A program made the translations under genes and the position numbers. From Amphiscolops sp. MND2022 (taxonomy: Eukaryota), in NCBI GenBank assembly GCA_964187785.1, contig OZ076409.1, positions 72,666,001 to 72,730,000 on the forward strand: DNA of 64,000 nucleotides, written 5' to 3'. The first letter of the stretch is position 1. The number at the start of each line of letters is the position of its first letter. Positions 11,320-25,317 of this stretch are shown one piece after another. The notes below the pieces were generated by a model. The model was not told where the DNA came from and searched no databases. It worked only from the letters and a program-made list of their open reading frames with translations.

Positions 11320-14300
11320 GTGGGCGGGGGTAATTCCCCAACAAAAAAATCGGCCGGCGGGTCGGGTCCTGCCGGCCGTCCAAAATCAAAATCCTCCTAG
11401 TAGAAAACGGCATGTCAAACGAGCTATTTTTTTATTTAACCATACGAATTTCACCATTTTTTGCATGCGGCCCTGAAATGGCCATACGAGACGAAGTTCC
11501 TGCTGACGTTTTGCGATGTAAATGTTTTATAAAAAGTTATGGCCTATTTGTCATTCACCTAGAAGGGTAAAATGAGGAAAATTTTAACAAAGTCGCTGAT
11601 AACTCAAAATGTGTTAATTTTTGGACTTTGACTGTGAAACAAGCTTGGAACCTTCATTTCGTGGCTGGGGCATTGGACTGAACACAAAAGATGTAAAGTT
11701 TTTACGTTTTTTGAAAATTCGACATTTTTGAAATTTTTTTCACTACTATCAGTACCCCATATGTCAAAAACACCTCAGAAAAAAATTTTTATTTGCTTTA
11801 AATTGGAAACCTTGGTATCCATGGTTTCTGTCGGAACCTACTCGCAGCCAAACACTTAACAGTTTGCATCCAATGTGAAAATAAAATTTTTTTCGGGGTC
11901 ATAAGCGTTTCACAAGGATTTCTCAACTTAGTATCTATTTACAAATTGGTCATTTTGAACACATTATTTTCATCGAACCGTGTCAGATACCACCCTAATG
12001 CTCACGAATGGGCCTACTGGCAACGTTGGAACCATTTTTAGTAATAGAAAGTATTAAAAAAATATTTTCACCCGGTCTTCAGTCATTTTTCAGACATTCG
12101 GTACTTAACTTAGAAAAATTTCGCATCAAAAACCCATATTTGGTAGGGTCGAAATTTGAAATTCAGTTTTTTATGCAAAATTATTAACTCTGACGTAACC
12201 AGTGGAGCCCATGATACTCAAAATCACGATTGGGACTGGTATCAGTGGCTCCAATAACATATGAGCCGCGATAAGACGTTATTCAGAGCAAACGCTCTAA
12301 ATCGAAGTAAACATCTCTGAAGCCTGGGATCACAGTGAAATGTGATATCACCAAAAGTTTACTCTTTTTTGTCAATCACTATGTACACAGAGTGCGTAGG
12401 GTGAGTTTCAGGACTATAATGAGGTTTTTGAAGTAATCGCGCTGCTCAAGGGGTGGTATGAGACTATTTTTTCCCATAAACTACTACATTTCCATAAATT
12501 TGCAGTCCATTGTCTTGGAAAGATAACTTCACAAAAACAATTTTTGTACTCTATTCAGTTATTAGAATAAAGTTGAACACTGTGGTTGATCAGAAATGCT
12601 CAATTCTTTTGGTTTTTAAAAAAATTCCTTCGCATTCGTTACATTTGTGGAAGGAAGGTTATCAGTAGCTCCAAAAAAAAAACGAAATTTAGCACGAACA
12701 GACATGCAACGATGCAAAGCAAAAACGTTTTTACAACTTCCGACGTCATTATTTTACCCAAGAAGATTGAAAATATCATTCGCAATGCTGTCATTCGCTA
12801 TATATACGATCGCGGTCAATTTACAAACATTTAGATTTCATTGTTCTGCTTGAAAACCAATTTTTGTCAGGTCGAAATTTTAAATTTTGCCTGGGGAGCA
12901 ATACCCTTCACGCTGAAGTAAACAGTGGGGCCCAAGTTACTCAAAAACAAGAAAGAGACTGCTACAATATGTCCTAATAACATATGGACCACGATAGTAC
13001 ACTTTTCACACAAAAAACTCTCATCCGAAGTAAATATGTTGAAAGCTTTTAATCACCGTGAGAAGTGATTTCATCAAAAAGTAACTCTTTTTTGTCAATC
13101 ACTATTTACACAGAATTTGTAAAGTTAGTTTGAGTCATGAAATGAGGCTTTACCGTAATATGGGTTGCTCAAGGTGTTATATAAGACAAAAACTTCCTCT
13201 TTTCTACTAGCTTCTTCAAATATTTCAACCCTTTGTCACAATAAGTTAATATTCAAAATATCTTTGAAATGTATCTTTATGTTGGGGTGAAGTCTAAGAA
13301 CAATAACTATGATCGAAGAATGCTAGTACTGGTGTTTGAACCATGTCCGGATGAACAAATCACAAAATCATCAAAAAATTGTTCCCTTTTTTGGTTATTT
13401 TGGCAGTACTAAAAATGTTAGCTGATAAATAATTTTTTCGATGGCACCATTGGATTCCTCTCAAAAAGTTGGTTATATGACCTGTGTAATAACCCCGTAT
13501 CTTTTCAATTTAAATATATTTAAAAAGCCAACTATTTTGACCAAAATCCTAAAAATCATACCATTTCCTAAAAATTTTCAAATGCACCCCATTTGACGTA
13601 TAAGATAAGCACAGAAAACTATCATTTACCGATCAACTCTACTCCCATTGTAGATTATTAGAATTTTGTTTAGAATGAATTTTGATGGATATTAAAAAAA
13701 TTTTGAACCCTCCAAAAATGGGCCAAAATTACACGAAAAAATTGACCTTAAAATACCAAAATGTCAAAAAATCATCAAAACCACGGCTTCTTGGGGTTCT
13801 ATCAACTCCGCGTGGTCCACAGAGTATGCTAAAACAGGATTTACCCGTTTTTGAGCAATATGTGAAAAAGCCGACATTTTTGGGAAAGAAAAACATACCA
13901 TTTCCTAAAAAAATTCAAATGCACGTAATTTGCCGTATTAGAATAGCACAGAAAACTATCACATACCAATCAACTCTACTTTCATTGCAGATGAACAGAA
14001 TTTTGTTTAGAATAAATTTTACCGGATAATAAAAAAATTTGAATCCTTCAAAAATGGGCCAAAATTACACGAAAAAATGGACCTTAAAAATTTAAAATGT
14101 CAAAAAATCGTCAAAACAACAGCTTCTTGGGGTTCTATCAACTCCACGAGGTCCACAGAGTATGCTAAAACAGGTTTTACCCGTTTTTGAGCAATATGTG
14201 AAAAAGCCGACATTTTTGGGAGAGAAAAACATACCATTTCCTAAAAAAATTCAAATGCACGCCATTTGCCGTATGAAAATAGCACAGAAAACTATCACAT

Positions 14301-16090
14301 ACCAATCAACTCTACTTTCATTGCAGATGAACAGAATTTTGTTTAGAATAAATTTTACCGGATAATAAAAAAATTAGATTCCTTCTAAAATGGGCCAAAA
14401 TTACACGAAAAAAAGGACCTTAAAATTTTAAAATGTCAAAAAATCATCAAAACCACGGCTTCTTGGGGTTCTATCAACTCCACGTGGTCCACAGAGTATG
14501 CTTTATAGAGAGAATAATACCCGGTTTTACCCATCTTTGAGCAAAATGTGAAAATACCGACATTTTTGGAAAAGAAAAAAATACCATTTTCTAATAAATT
14601 TCAAATGCACGCCATTTGCTGTATGAGAATAACACAGAAAGCTGTCACATACCGATCAACTCTACTTCCATTGTAGATTATCAGAAGTTTGTTTAGAATA
14701 AATTTTGATGGTTAATAAAAATAATTGAATCCATCAAAAATGGGCCAAAATTACACGAAAAAATTGACCTTAAAATATCAAAATGGCAAAAAATCATCAA
14801 AACCACAGTTTCTTGGCGTTCTATCAACTCCATATGATACCAAACCAGGTACTGCCAATCGTTTGAGTTATAATAAAAAAACGTCTTTTTTGGCAAGAAT
14901 TCCATACCATAAATAATGTTCCATAGAAGAAGCGAATCATTTCAGATATATACCCTGTTCATTTTTTTAATATTACCGATTATTAATTTAATAGATGTTT
15001 TGAATGTGAGCTTCCTAAAAGGTTCAGGTGTGATGTTACGTAAATAGAACCTTAGTTTCATCGAAATCTCAATTGAATATGTCCAATCCTAACCATCAGA
15101 TAACAAGAAACACTTAAGTACATTCCATCTCCCCATCGGGGGAGATGAGAATGTACTTTCGAGAAGCCAAATACGTCCAACATTCAAACTTTTGTAACTT
15201 TGTATGTAACTCCTGAAACGAAGAAGGAATAAAATTGTTTCTGGTACATACATGAGTCTTTACTTCAGCTTCTATTTCTGCTGAACAAAACCATTCGACT
15301 CTTTTGCCGGAGTTAAGATCGATTGTATTACCCAGTGAACAAAGGCATGACTGAAAACGTTTACTACTTTGTTCATAATTTTCCGGCCTTCCGAAATGAT
15401 GAAACGTCCACATAACTAAGATAGCAAGTGAATGACTGCGAAATGCACCTTATTAGATGAGGTAAATAACGTGTAAAACTCTCCTTTATCCTAACATGAG
15501 GTTGAGTAATGATCATTTGAGAATAGTTTGATATGTGAATACAATAGTATAAAACAAGTACATTTTATATGAATAACGCCGTGGAAAGCGTTCAGAAAGG
15601 ACAGTAGGCTTGTTTGGAACATGTATGTGTGGTGTCCCTTGGTGGCGTTCGCTTAGTGTATATGTCGAGGGGTATTCGAGTTGTTATGATAGAATTTACA
15701 CACAAGTCTTTTGTTTTTTGGTTTTTTTAAAATGTCGTTAAGTACCTGCATTCTATCCCCTTCTCAGAGATGACGTGAAGTTACGTTTGCTAAATAAATG
15801 TCATCGAAAGATCACACTCCCGACGAAATTAACTATCTTACCACGTGTTTAGAATTTTAAATAAACAACCGTATAAGATTATTATATTTCATTGAGTTTG
15901 ATGAAGTCTTTTGTTCTTCTCACTACTATTTCAACCAATACACATATCCGTTACCATATCACATGTCTCCATTAGTACAACGCCACATAGCGTTCCGACG
16001 CCCAAAGTCTGTGGGCATGCCGAGGCATGCCCTTCGACGACGTATGGCAAATGGAGCCATGCCCGCCGTCTTTACGGCGGTAGCGGCTAG
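11320..16090 (+). mobile_element. U5: family A-long cassette, 4771 bp (U1/U2 mosaic)
   Basis: First ~600 bp match U1, remainder nearly identical to U2; H2 hairpin ~15116-15158. Confidence 0.8.
13525..14890 (+). repeat. About 4 copies of the ~336-bp internal tandem repeat
   Basis: Same repeat as 4790-6140. Confidence 0.85.
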
Positions 16091-18077
16091 GTGGGCGGGG
16101 GTAATTCCCCAACAAAAAAATCGGCCGGCGGGTCGGGTCCTGCCGGCCGTCCAAAATCAAAATTATACTAGTAGAAAACGGCCGGTCAAACGAGCTATTT
16201 TTTTATTTAACCGTTAGAATTTGGGTTTAGATTGCATGCGGCCATGAAATGGCCATACGAATCGAAGTTCCTGTTGACGTTTTGCGATTGAAACACTTTA
16301 TAAAAAGTTATGGCCAATTTGTCAGTCACCTAGAAGGGCAAAATGAGGAAAATTTTAACAAAGTCGCTGATATCTCAAAATGTGTTAATTTTTGGACTTT
16401 GACTGTGAAACAAGCTTGGAACCTTCATTTCGTGGCTGTGGCATTGCACTGAACACAAAAGCTGTAAAGTTTTCACATTTTTTGAAAATTCGACATTTTT
16501 GAAATTTTTTTCACTACTATCAGTACCCCATATGTCAAAAACACCTCAGAAAAATTTTTTTATTTGCTTTAAGTTGGAAACCTTGGTATCCATGGTTTCT
16601 GTCGGAACCTACTCGCAGCCAAACACCCAACAGTTTGCATCCAATGTGAAATAAAAAATTTTTTCGAGGTCATAAGCGTTTCACAAGGTTTTCATGATTT
16701 AGTATTAAATTACATAGTGGTCATTTTAAACATAAAATTTTGGTCCAGGCATGTCGGATATAGTCTGAATGCTCACGAACGGTCCTACTGGCAACGTAGG
16801 AACCATTTATAGTAATAAAAAGTATTAAAAATTTTTTTCACCCGGTCTTCAGTCATTTTTCAGATATTCGGAACTTAACTTAGAAAATTTTCGAACCAAA
16901 TACCCATTTTTTGTCAGGTCGAAAATTGAAATTCAGCTATTAAAGCAAAATTTTTTACTCTGACGTAACCAGTGGGGTCCATGATACTCAAAAATACGAT
17001 TGGGACTGGTACCAATGGCTCCTATATCATATGAGCCGCGATAAGACGTTATTTTGAGCAATACGTCTCAATTGAGGTAAACATCTCGCAAGCCTGGGAT
17101 CACAGTGAAATGTAATTTCATCAAAAAATTACTCATTTTCGTCAATCACTATGTGCATAGAGTGGGTAGGGTGAGTTCCAACACTATAATGAGGTTTTTG
17201 AAGGCATCGGGTTGCTCAAGGGGTGGTATGAGTCATTACTTTCCTATATACAACTGTATTTTCAAAAACTTTTAGCCCATTATCTGGAAAAACTAACTTG
17301 ACAAAATACTTTCAATTACTTTATTCAAAGGTTACAATATAGATGAACACTGTGGTTGATCAGAAACTTTCATCTCTTTCGTTTTCCGAAATAACTCCTT
17401 TCAAATGTGTTACATTTGTAGCAGGAAAAAAAACTGAAACTAAAAAATACGCGATTTTGCTGAGATAGAATCGCAATGGTTGCGCCTAAAATCTCTTTAA
17501 AAACTTCTAACGCAGCCTTATGGACCCAAAATGATTGAAAATGCCATTCACAATGCTGACATGTGCTCTTTCTACGATCCTGGCTGGACAAGTTTTGCAT
17601 TTTTTTCAAGTACCTGTTAACTGAACATTGTGATAGCCTTTCAAGTTGGCCTTGTGTCAACTTGGGAAGGCTGTCACATCAAAAAACTGTCCACAAAAAT
17701 ACCATTTGTTTATAGGATATTGCTGTCGATGCTTCACTTCGTGATTCGATCATGTCGTGAGTTCCTTCCATCAGGTCAGCTAACATTTGGATTCAGTGTT
17801 GGATAAGAACCTATGATTTTCATGACAATTTTCGTTTTTTTTTGCCAACAAAAAGTACAAATAAATGATATAAAACATATTTGTAACCTCTAGGAAGTTT
17901 AACTTTACCTTTTTTACCGTTACCATCACAACCCACCCCCTACGACCTCGCAGTGTCCTCATTACAACGCCACATAGTGTAGCGACGCCCACAGTCTGTG
18001 GGCATGCCGAGGCATGCCCTTCGACGACGTATGCCAAAAATAGCGCCCTCCGCGGTCACTACCGCGGTAGCAGCTAG
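16091..18077 (+). mobile_element. U6: family A cassette, 1987 bp
   Basis: Nearly identical to U12; 3' part shared with U16. Confidence 0.8.
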
Positions 18078-20073
18078 GTGCGGGGGGGAAACCCCAACAA
18101 AATTTTTGGAGGATTCGGGTAGGGTCCTGAATCCGAGTTCAGTGCTGCCAGCTTTCGTTAAGAAAATTTGGATAGGATTCGGGATCTCGTGATCTAACCA
18201 TAGGATTTTAAAGTTGGAGCGGCCCCCACCAGATTTTCCGAAAATTAGCGCCCCCCACCGGGTTCCATACCCCGGAAAATTTTTTTCTGGCCACACGGGC
18301 GACCGTTAGGGGGTCATTTTAGGGGTAAAATTCATATTGGGCCACATAACTTTTTTTCTGTTGATTTAAAACTTTGGGACCCTGCTAAAAGTTTCTTGAC
18401 CGTGTTGCAGGGGCCCCGGAGGTCCAAACCAAATTTTTCTATCTTGAAGCTATCTCCAAGTACCCCCCCGCCCAAAACGTTATTTTTCCGGAAACGCAGG
18501 TTTTTGACCCGGAAGGAGTCGTCTGAGCGCGGGGTCGTTAGGTGATGTATTGGGGACGGCCTTGAGACGAAGCGGGGGACATGTAGTTTGCCGACCCCTG
18601 TTTACCCCCCGGACGGGAAATGACCGTTATTTGAGCGGGAAAAATGCCCCCCTCCACGTTTTACCGCTATTTCCGGTGTGAAGGAGTGGGAGTAGCGCGT
18701 CGGGTGCCATATATCAAAAGTAGGTTTAGACAAGGATCTATCGGAAACATGTAGTTTGGGACCCCCTGGACCAACCCGTTAGCAGGAAATGGGGCTTCCG
18801 GCCCGTTTTTTTACGGTTAAAAACGGAAAATGGGCATTGAGGGGTAAATATCTCGTGAACGCGTGGAGCTACGGTGTCCTTCACTACTACAAGGTTTCAT
18901 ACCCATGATATGGTGCCTTCAGGGGGGCAAACAGATTTCCGCTATCTATCACCGTTACGGACTTGGCCCCCCAGCCTAACCGCTATGTGACCGGAAATTG
19001 CACTTTTTGAGCCCAAAGGGTCGATCCTAGCCGGGCAACGTTAGGTAACTTATTGTAGTACTCATTGAAACGAGTTGGGGGACATAGTTTCAGTCACCCC
19101 CCGTTACCTCTTAGGACCGGAAATGACCGTTATGAGGGTAAAATTGCAATTTTTATACATTTTGAAGGGCATTTAGGTGCGGAAGGAATGGTAATAGGTG
19201 CTTGGACACTATATGATGTAATGGAGGTCGTGAGGAGAGCATTCGGAAGTAACCGTTACGTTGACCCCAAAGTCCCCCTGGTACCGTTAACAACCGGAAA
19301 TTGCCAAATTTTGTGTTTATAAGGTACAAATGTTTGGTATTTTATGGATAAAAGTACCTGGAAGGTGTTTTAAAGGCCTCCAGAAGTGAACATAGTCATG
19401 AAACTTTGTGGGGGGTAACGGTATATAGCACCGGAAGTCCAAACCGTTGGTCACAGAATAGGTTTTTTGGTTTCAAAACGTCTTTAGGCGTAGTTTTGTG
19501 GGTTGAATCGTCATAATATCAACTAATACGGACTTTTTTCGGAAATAAAATTTTTTCACATTAGTTTCAGGGACCTCCAATGTTTCAGTCAACATAACCG
19601 TTACATTTTGATAGCCTTTCAAGTTGGCCTGGTGTCAACTTGGAAGGACTATCCTTCAAAAATCATTAATCAAGTGTGTTTTTGAGTATGTTTGTATTAC
19701 TTTAGAATCAATTAGAGCTTCAAGAAAAGTTTGCCAACGACAAAAACTATGTCGTGATGATTCCGTTATTAGAATACTTGTTAACAAAGTTTTAAAAACG
19801 TTGATTTTTTACATTTCAAATGTGTCCTAAATGCCAGAAAACCTCTTTACCAAACAAATGGTATTGATTGAATTGTTTATAACAGCTAATAAAAGTTCAA
19901 ACTGAATATTACGTTTCATTTTGGAAGCTGAAACGTCATTTTATAGTTTCATTAACGTCAACGCCACATACTTTACATCAACGCCCACCGTCCGTAGGCA
20001 TGCCGAGGCATGCCTTTCGACGACGTATACCAAATTCCTTTAACACAACACCCTCGAGCGCGGTAGCAGCTAG
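18078..20073 (+). mobile_element. U7: family B cassette, 1996 bp
   Basis: Starts GTGCGGGGGGGAAACCCC; GC-richer body not alignable by eye to A, rich in CCGTTA and CCGGAA; shares H1 hairpin (~19610) and core with A. Confidence 0.8.
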
Positions 20074-22065
20074 GTGCGGGGGGGAAACCCCATCCCTTAT
20101 CTTGGAGGATTCGGGTAGGGTCCTGAATCCGAGTTCAGTGCCGCCAGCTCTCAGTAGAAATCTGGGAAATTTTTTGCGATCTCGTGATCTAACCATAGGA
20201 TTTTAAAGTTGGAGCGGCCCCCACCAGATTTTCCAAAGTTATTCGCCCCCCACCGGGTTCCAGCGTGATTGAAATATTTTGACGGGGTACACGGGCGACC
20301 GTTAGGGGTCATTTTGGGGGTAAAATTTATATCCGGTCGCATAACTTTTTTCCTGTTGGATTAAAACTTTGGGACCCTGCTAAAAGTTTCTTGACCGTGT
20401 TGCGGGGGCTCCGGAGGTCCAAACCAAATTTTTCTGTCTTGAAGCTATCTCCAAGTACCCCCCCGCCCAAACCGTTATTTTTCCGGAAACGCAGGTTTTT
20501 GACCCGGAAGGAGTCGTCTGAGCGCGGGGTCGTTAGGTGATGTATTGGGGACGGCCTTGAGACGAAGCGGGGGATATATAGTTTGCCGACCCCAGTTTAC
20601 CCCCCGGACGGGAAATGACCGTTATATGAGCGGGAAAAATGCCCCTTCCACGTTTTACCGCTATTTCCGGTGTGAAGGAGTGGGAGTAGCGCTTCGGGTG
20701 CCATGTATCAAAAATAAGTTTAGACAAGGACCTATCGGAAACATGTAGTTTGGGACCCCCTGGACCAACCCGTTAGCGGGAAATGGGGCTTCCGCCTCCT
20801 TTTTTTACTGCTAAAACCGTAAAATGGGCATTGAGGGGTAAATATCTCGTGAACGCGTGGAGCAATCGTGTCCATCACTACTACAAGGTTTCATACCCAT
20901 GATATGGTGCCTTCAGGGGGGCAAACAGATTTCCGCTATCTATCACCGTTACCGACTTGGCCCCCCAGCCTAACCGCTATGTGACCGGAAATGTCACTTT
21001 TTGAGCCCAAAGGGTCGGTCCCAGCCGGGGAACGTTAGGTAACTTATTGTAGTACTCAATGAGACGAGTTGGGGGATATAGTTTCAGTCAACCCCCGTTA
21101 CCCCTTGGGACCGGAAATGACCGTTATGTGGGTAAATTTGCAATTTTTATACTCTTTGAAGTGTATTTAGGTGCGGAAGGAGTGGTAATAGGTGCTTGGA
21201 CACTATATGATGTAATGGAGGTCGTGAGGAGAGCATTCGGAAATAACCGTTATGTTGACCCCAAAGTCCCCCTGGTACCGTTAACGACCGGAAATGGCCA
21301 AATTTTGTGTCTATTGGGTACAAATGTTTGGTATTTTATAGATAAAAGTACCTGGAAGGTGTTTTAAAGGCCTCCAGAAGTGAACATAGTCATGAAATCT
21401 TGTGGGGGGTAACGGTATATAGCACCGGAAGTCCAAACCGTTGGTCACAGACTAGGTTTTTTGGTTTCAAAATGTCTTTAGGCATAGTTTTGTGGGTTGA
21501 ATCGTCATAATATCAACTAATACGGACTTTTTTCGGAAATAAAATTTTTTCACATTAGTTTCAGGGACCTCCAATGCTTCAGTCAACATAACCGTTACAT
21601 TTTGATAGCCTTTCAAGTTGACCTGGTGTCAACTTGGAAGGGCTATCCTTCTAAAATCGTTAATCAAGATTGTTTTTGGGTAGGTATATGTTGCATTAGT
21701 ACCAATTAGAGCTTCATCAACAGTTTGCCAACGGCAAAAACGATGTCGTGATAATTCCGTTATAAAAATATTAGTTAACAAATTGTTTTCAAAGTTGATT
21801 TTTTCCATTAAAAATGTGTCCTAATGCCACCAAATTGAATAAAATAATAAATGGTATTGACTAAAACTAAATAACAATGAAAAAGAAGATCAACATTTTT
21901 ATTAGGTCTCATTATGGAAGCTGAAACCTCACGTTTTAGTTTAATTAACGTCAACGCCACATACTTTACATCAACGCCCACCGTCTGTGGGCATGCCGAG
22001 GCATGCCCTTCGACGACGTATACCAAACAACCTCCATATCTACACCCACCCGCGGTAGCTGCTAG
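20074..22065 (+). mobile_element. U8: family B cassette, 1992 bp
   Basis: Collinear with U7. Confidence 0.8.
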
Positions 22066-24039
22066 GTGCGGGGGGGTAACCCCTACAAAGATATTGGAGG
22101 ATTCGGGTAGGGTCCTGAATCCGATTTTAACTCTAATAGCTATCGATAGGAAATCCTGCAAAAATTTCGGGATCTCGTGATCTAACCATAGGATTTTAAA
22201 GTTGGAGCGGCCCCCACCAGATTTTCCAAAGTTATTCGCCCCCCACCTGGTTCCAGCGTGATTGAAATATTTTGACGGGGTACACGGGCGACCGTTAGGG
22301 GTCATTTTGGGGGTAAAATTTATATCCGGTCGCATAACTTTTTTCCTGTTGGTTTAAAACTTTGGGACCCTGCTAAAAGTTTCTTGACCGTGTTGCAGTG
22401 GCTCCGGAGGTCCAAACCAAATTTTTCTATCTTGAAGCTATCTCCAAGTACCCCCCCGCCCAAACCGTTATTTTTCCGGAAACGCAGGTTTTTGACCCGG
22501 AAGGAGTCGTCTGAGCGCGGGGTCGTTAGGTGATGTATTGGGGACGGCCTTGAGACGAAGCGGGGGACATGTAGTTTGCCGACCCCTGTTTACCCCCCGG
22601 ACGGGAAATGACCGTTATTTGAGCGGGAAAAATGCCCCCCTCCACGTTTTACCGCTATTTCCGGTGTGAAGGAGTAGGCGTAGCGCGTCGGGTGTTATAT
22701 AACAAAAGTAGGTTTAGACAAGGACCTATCGGAAACATGTAGTTTGGGACCCCCTGGACCAACCCGTTAGCGGGAAATGGGGCTTCCGCCTCCTTTTTTT
22801 ACTGCTAAAACCGTAAAATGGGCATTGAGGTGTAAATATCTCGTGAACGCGTGGAGCTACGGTGTCCATCACTACTACAAGGTTTCATACCCATGATATG
22901 GTGCCTTCAGGGGGGCAAACAGATTTCCGCTATCTATCACCGTTACCGACTTGGCCCCCCAGCCTAACCGCTATGTGACCGGAAATGTCAATTTTTGAGC
23001 CCAAAAGGTCGGTCTCAGCCAGGGAACGTTGGGTAACTTATTGTAGTACTCATTGAGACGAGTTGGGGGACATAGTTTCAGTCACCCCCCGTTACCCCTT
23101 AGGACCGGAAATGACCGTTATGTGAGTAAAATTGCCATTTTTGTCCTATTTGAAGGGCATTTAGGTGCGGAAGGCGTGGTAATAGGTGCTTGGACACTAT
23201 ATGAGGTAAGGGAGGACGTGAGGCGAGCTTTCGGAATTAACCGTTATGCTGACCCTAAAGTCCCCCTGGTACCGGAAGTGACCCGTAATGGTCAAATTTT
23301 GTGTTTAAAGGGTACAAATGTTTGGTGTTTTATGGATAACAGTGCCTATTAGGTGTTTCGACGGTCTGCAGTCGTGAACATAGTCATGAAACCTTGTGGG
23401 GGGTAACGGTTTATAGCACCGGATGTCCAAACCGTTGGAGACAGGATAAGTTTTTTGGTTTTAAAATGTCTTTCGGCCTACTTTTGTCGACTATTATGGA
23501 CTATTTTTGGAAAATAAAGTTTTTCCAAATAGTTTCAGAGACTCCGAAACCTCAACCAACATAACCGTTACCTTATGATAGCCTTTCAAGTTGGCCTGGT
23601 GTCAACTTGGAAGGGCTATCCTTCAAAAATCATTAATCAAGTGTGTTTTTGAGTATGTTTGTATTACTTTAGAATCAATTAGAGCTTCAAGAAAAGTTAG
23701 CCAACGATAAAACTATGTCGTGATGATTCCGTTATTAGAATAATAGTTAACAAAATATTAATAAAGTTGATTTTTTACACTTTAAATGTGTTCTAAATGC
23801 CAGAAAACTTCTTTACCAAACAAATGGAATTGATTGAATTGTATATAACAGCTAATAAAACTTCAAATTGAATATTAGGTTTCATTATGGAAGCTGAAAT
23901 GTCATATTATAGTTTCAATAATGTCAACGCCACATACTTTACATCAACGCCCACCGTCTGTGGGCATGCCGAGGCATGCCCTTCGACGACGTATACCAAA
24001 TTCCTCCAACACAACACCCCCGAGCGCGTTAGCAGCTAG
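22066..24039 (+). mobile_element. U9: family B cassette, 1974 bp
   Basis: Collinear with U7 and U8. Confidence 0.8.
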
Positions 24040-25317
24040 GTGGTCGTTAGCATGGGATTTTCTTTATGAGCGTAGTCCACTTTTTTTAGGCCGGGGTAGG
24101 GTCCCGGGCCGTTACCAATTTCTTACGGAGGAAAAATGTGAAAATCTGCGAGTTTAAAAAATTGGCCCGTACGATTTGGCTGAAAATTGGCATACAGCAT
24201 CGCCTTGGTAAACAAATGACTTTGTCCTAGTGACATTTTGCCCAGAAAATTCAAAAAGTTGGTCAAATTGAAAATTTTTTGACCGTCTAAGGCTAAAATT
24301 TGACTTTTTCGCTTTTTTTGGTCAATTTCCTCAGAACTGGTTGATTTTGGTGAAGTAAGTCATAAGAGGTTATAAGGTCTGCAAATAGCCATCAATTGGC
24401 TTGCATAATCAGATTTTGTCAAAAGTGTTTAGTTTTTTCAAAATTTCACACTTTTTTTTCATTTCAGTGTTTTTTGATACAATTTATTGAATTTTTACTA
24501 AGTTCCACTAAATATTTTTAAAATGTTTTTAAAAAACCTTTTTTTGCACGTTTTTGATGTTTTTTGCTCTCCCATATAGGTTTTCGCATACGGGGAACCT
24601 GAATCTGACAACGAAATAATTTTATTCCGCAGTTCAACTTACGCCATTTTTAATAGTGAAAAATCACTCATTTTCAATCTAACGAGTGAAAATATCAGAA
24701 TTTAAAAACCTAAAGTTGAGTTTAAGGCGACTTACAGGTAGAAACAAATGCTCAGAAACAAACTGATTTCTTGTATTAGCTAAAGAAAGCCTTTAAAATT
24801 CTTTTTACTTTCTTTAAATCAAAATTCGACACTTTTCATGAAATTTGTCAGTGGAAAAAATTTATCATTTTTTAAATTAAAAACTTGCTTTGTTGGTCAT
24901 TTCCGTTAGTCATTAGTAGCTGTGTAATGCTCCAAAGCCTTTCAAGTTCTTTTGACCCTATTTGAAAGTTTTTGATACTGCATAATCAATCCGAGAGAAC
25001 GAAACAGTTGTGTACATTCCATCTCCCTCTTGGGGGAGATGAGAATGTACTTCCTAAAGTCCAGGTACTACAGATCATATTTGGTTTTATGCGACGCCCT
25101 CTATGCTAGTGCATATAAATACAAGTTGTTTGGCTGGATTTTGCTTCTGACTTGACGTATACTGTACGTTTGGTACTGACAATACCCATCATTTACATAA
25201 CAAACGTCAACGCCACATACCCTTACCAACGCCCATAGTCCGTAGGCATGCCGAGGCATGCCTTTCGACGACGCGCGCCAAACACAAGCGCGCCCGCACT
25301 TTTGCGGTAGCGGCTAG
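24040..25317 (+). mobile_element. U10: family C cassette, 1278 bp (single copy)
   Basis: Unique very AT-rich body; 5' GGGTAGGGTCC hairpin; H2 hairpin 25012-25050; variant core; CTAG end. Confidence 0.75.

Noticed and set aside
19065..19322. Recurring ~75-100 aa ORF in family B (MRRVGG...)
   Set aside because: Start is TTG or ATG depending on copy, the stop position varies, and there is no recognisable motif. A dN/dS test across B copies would settle it.
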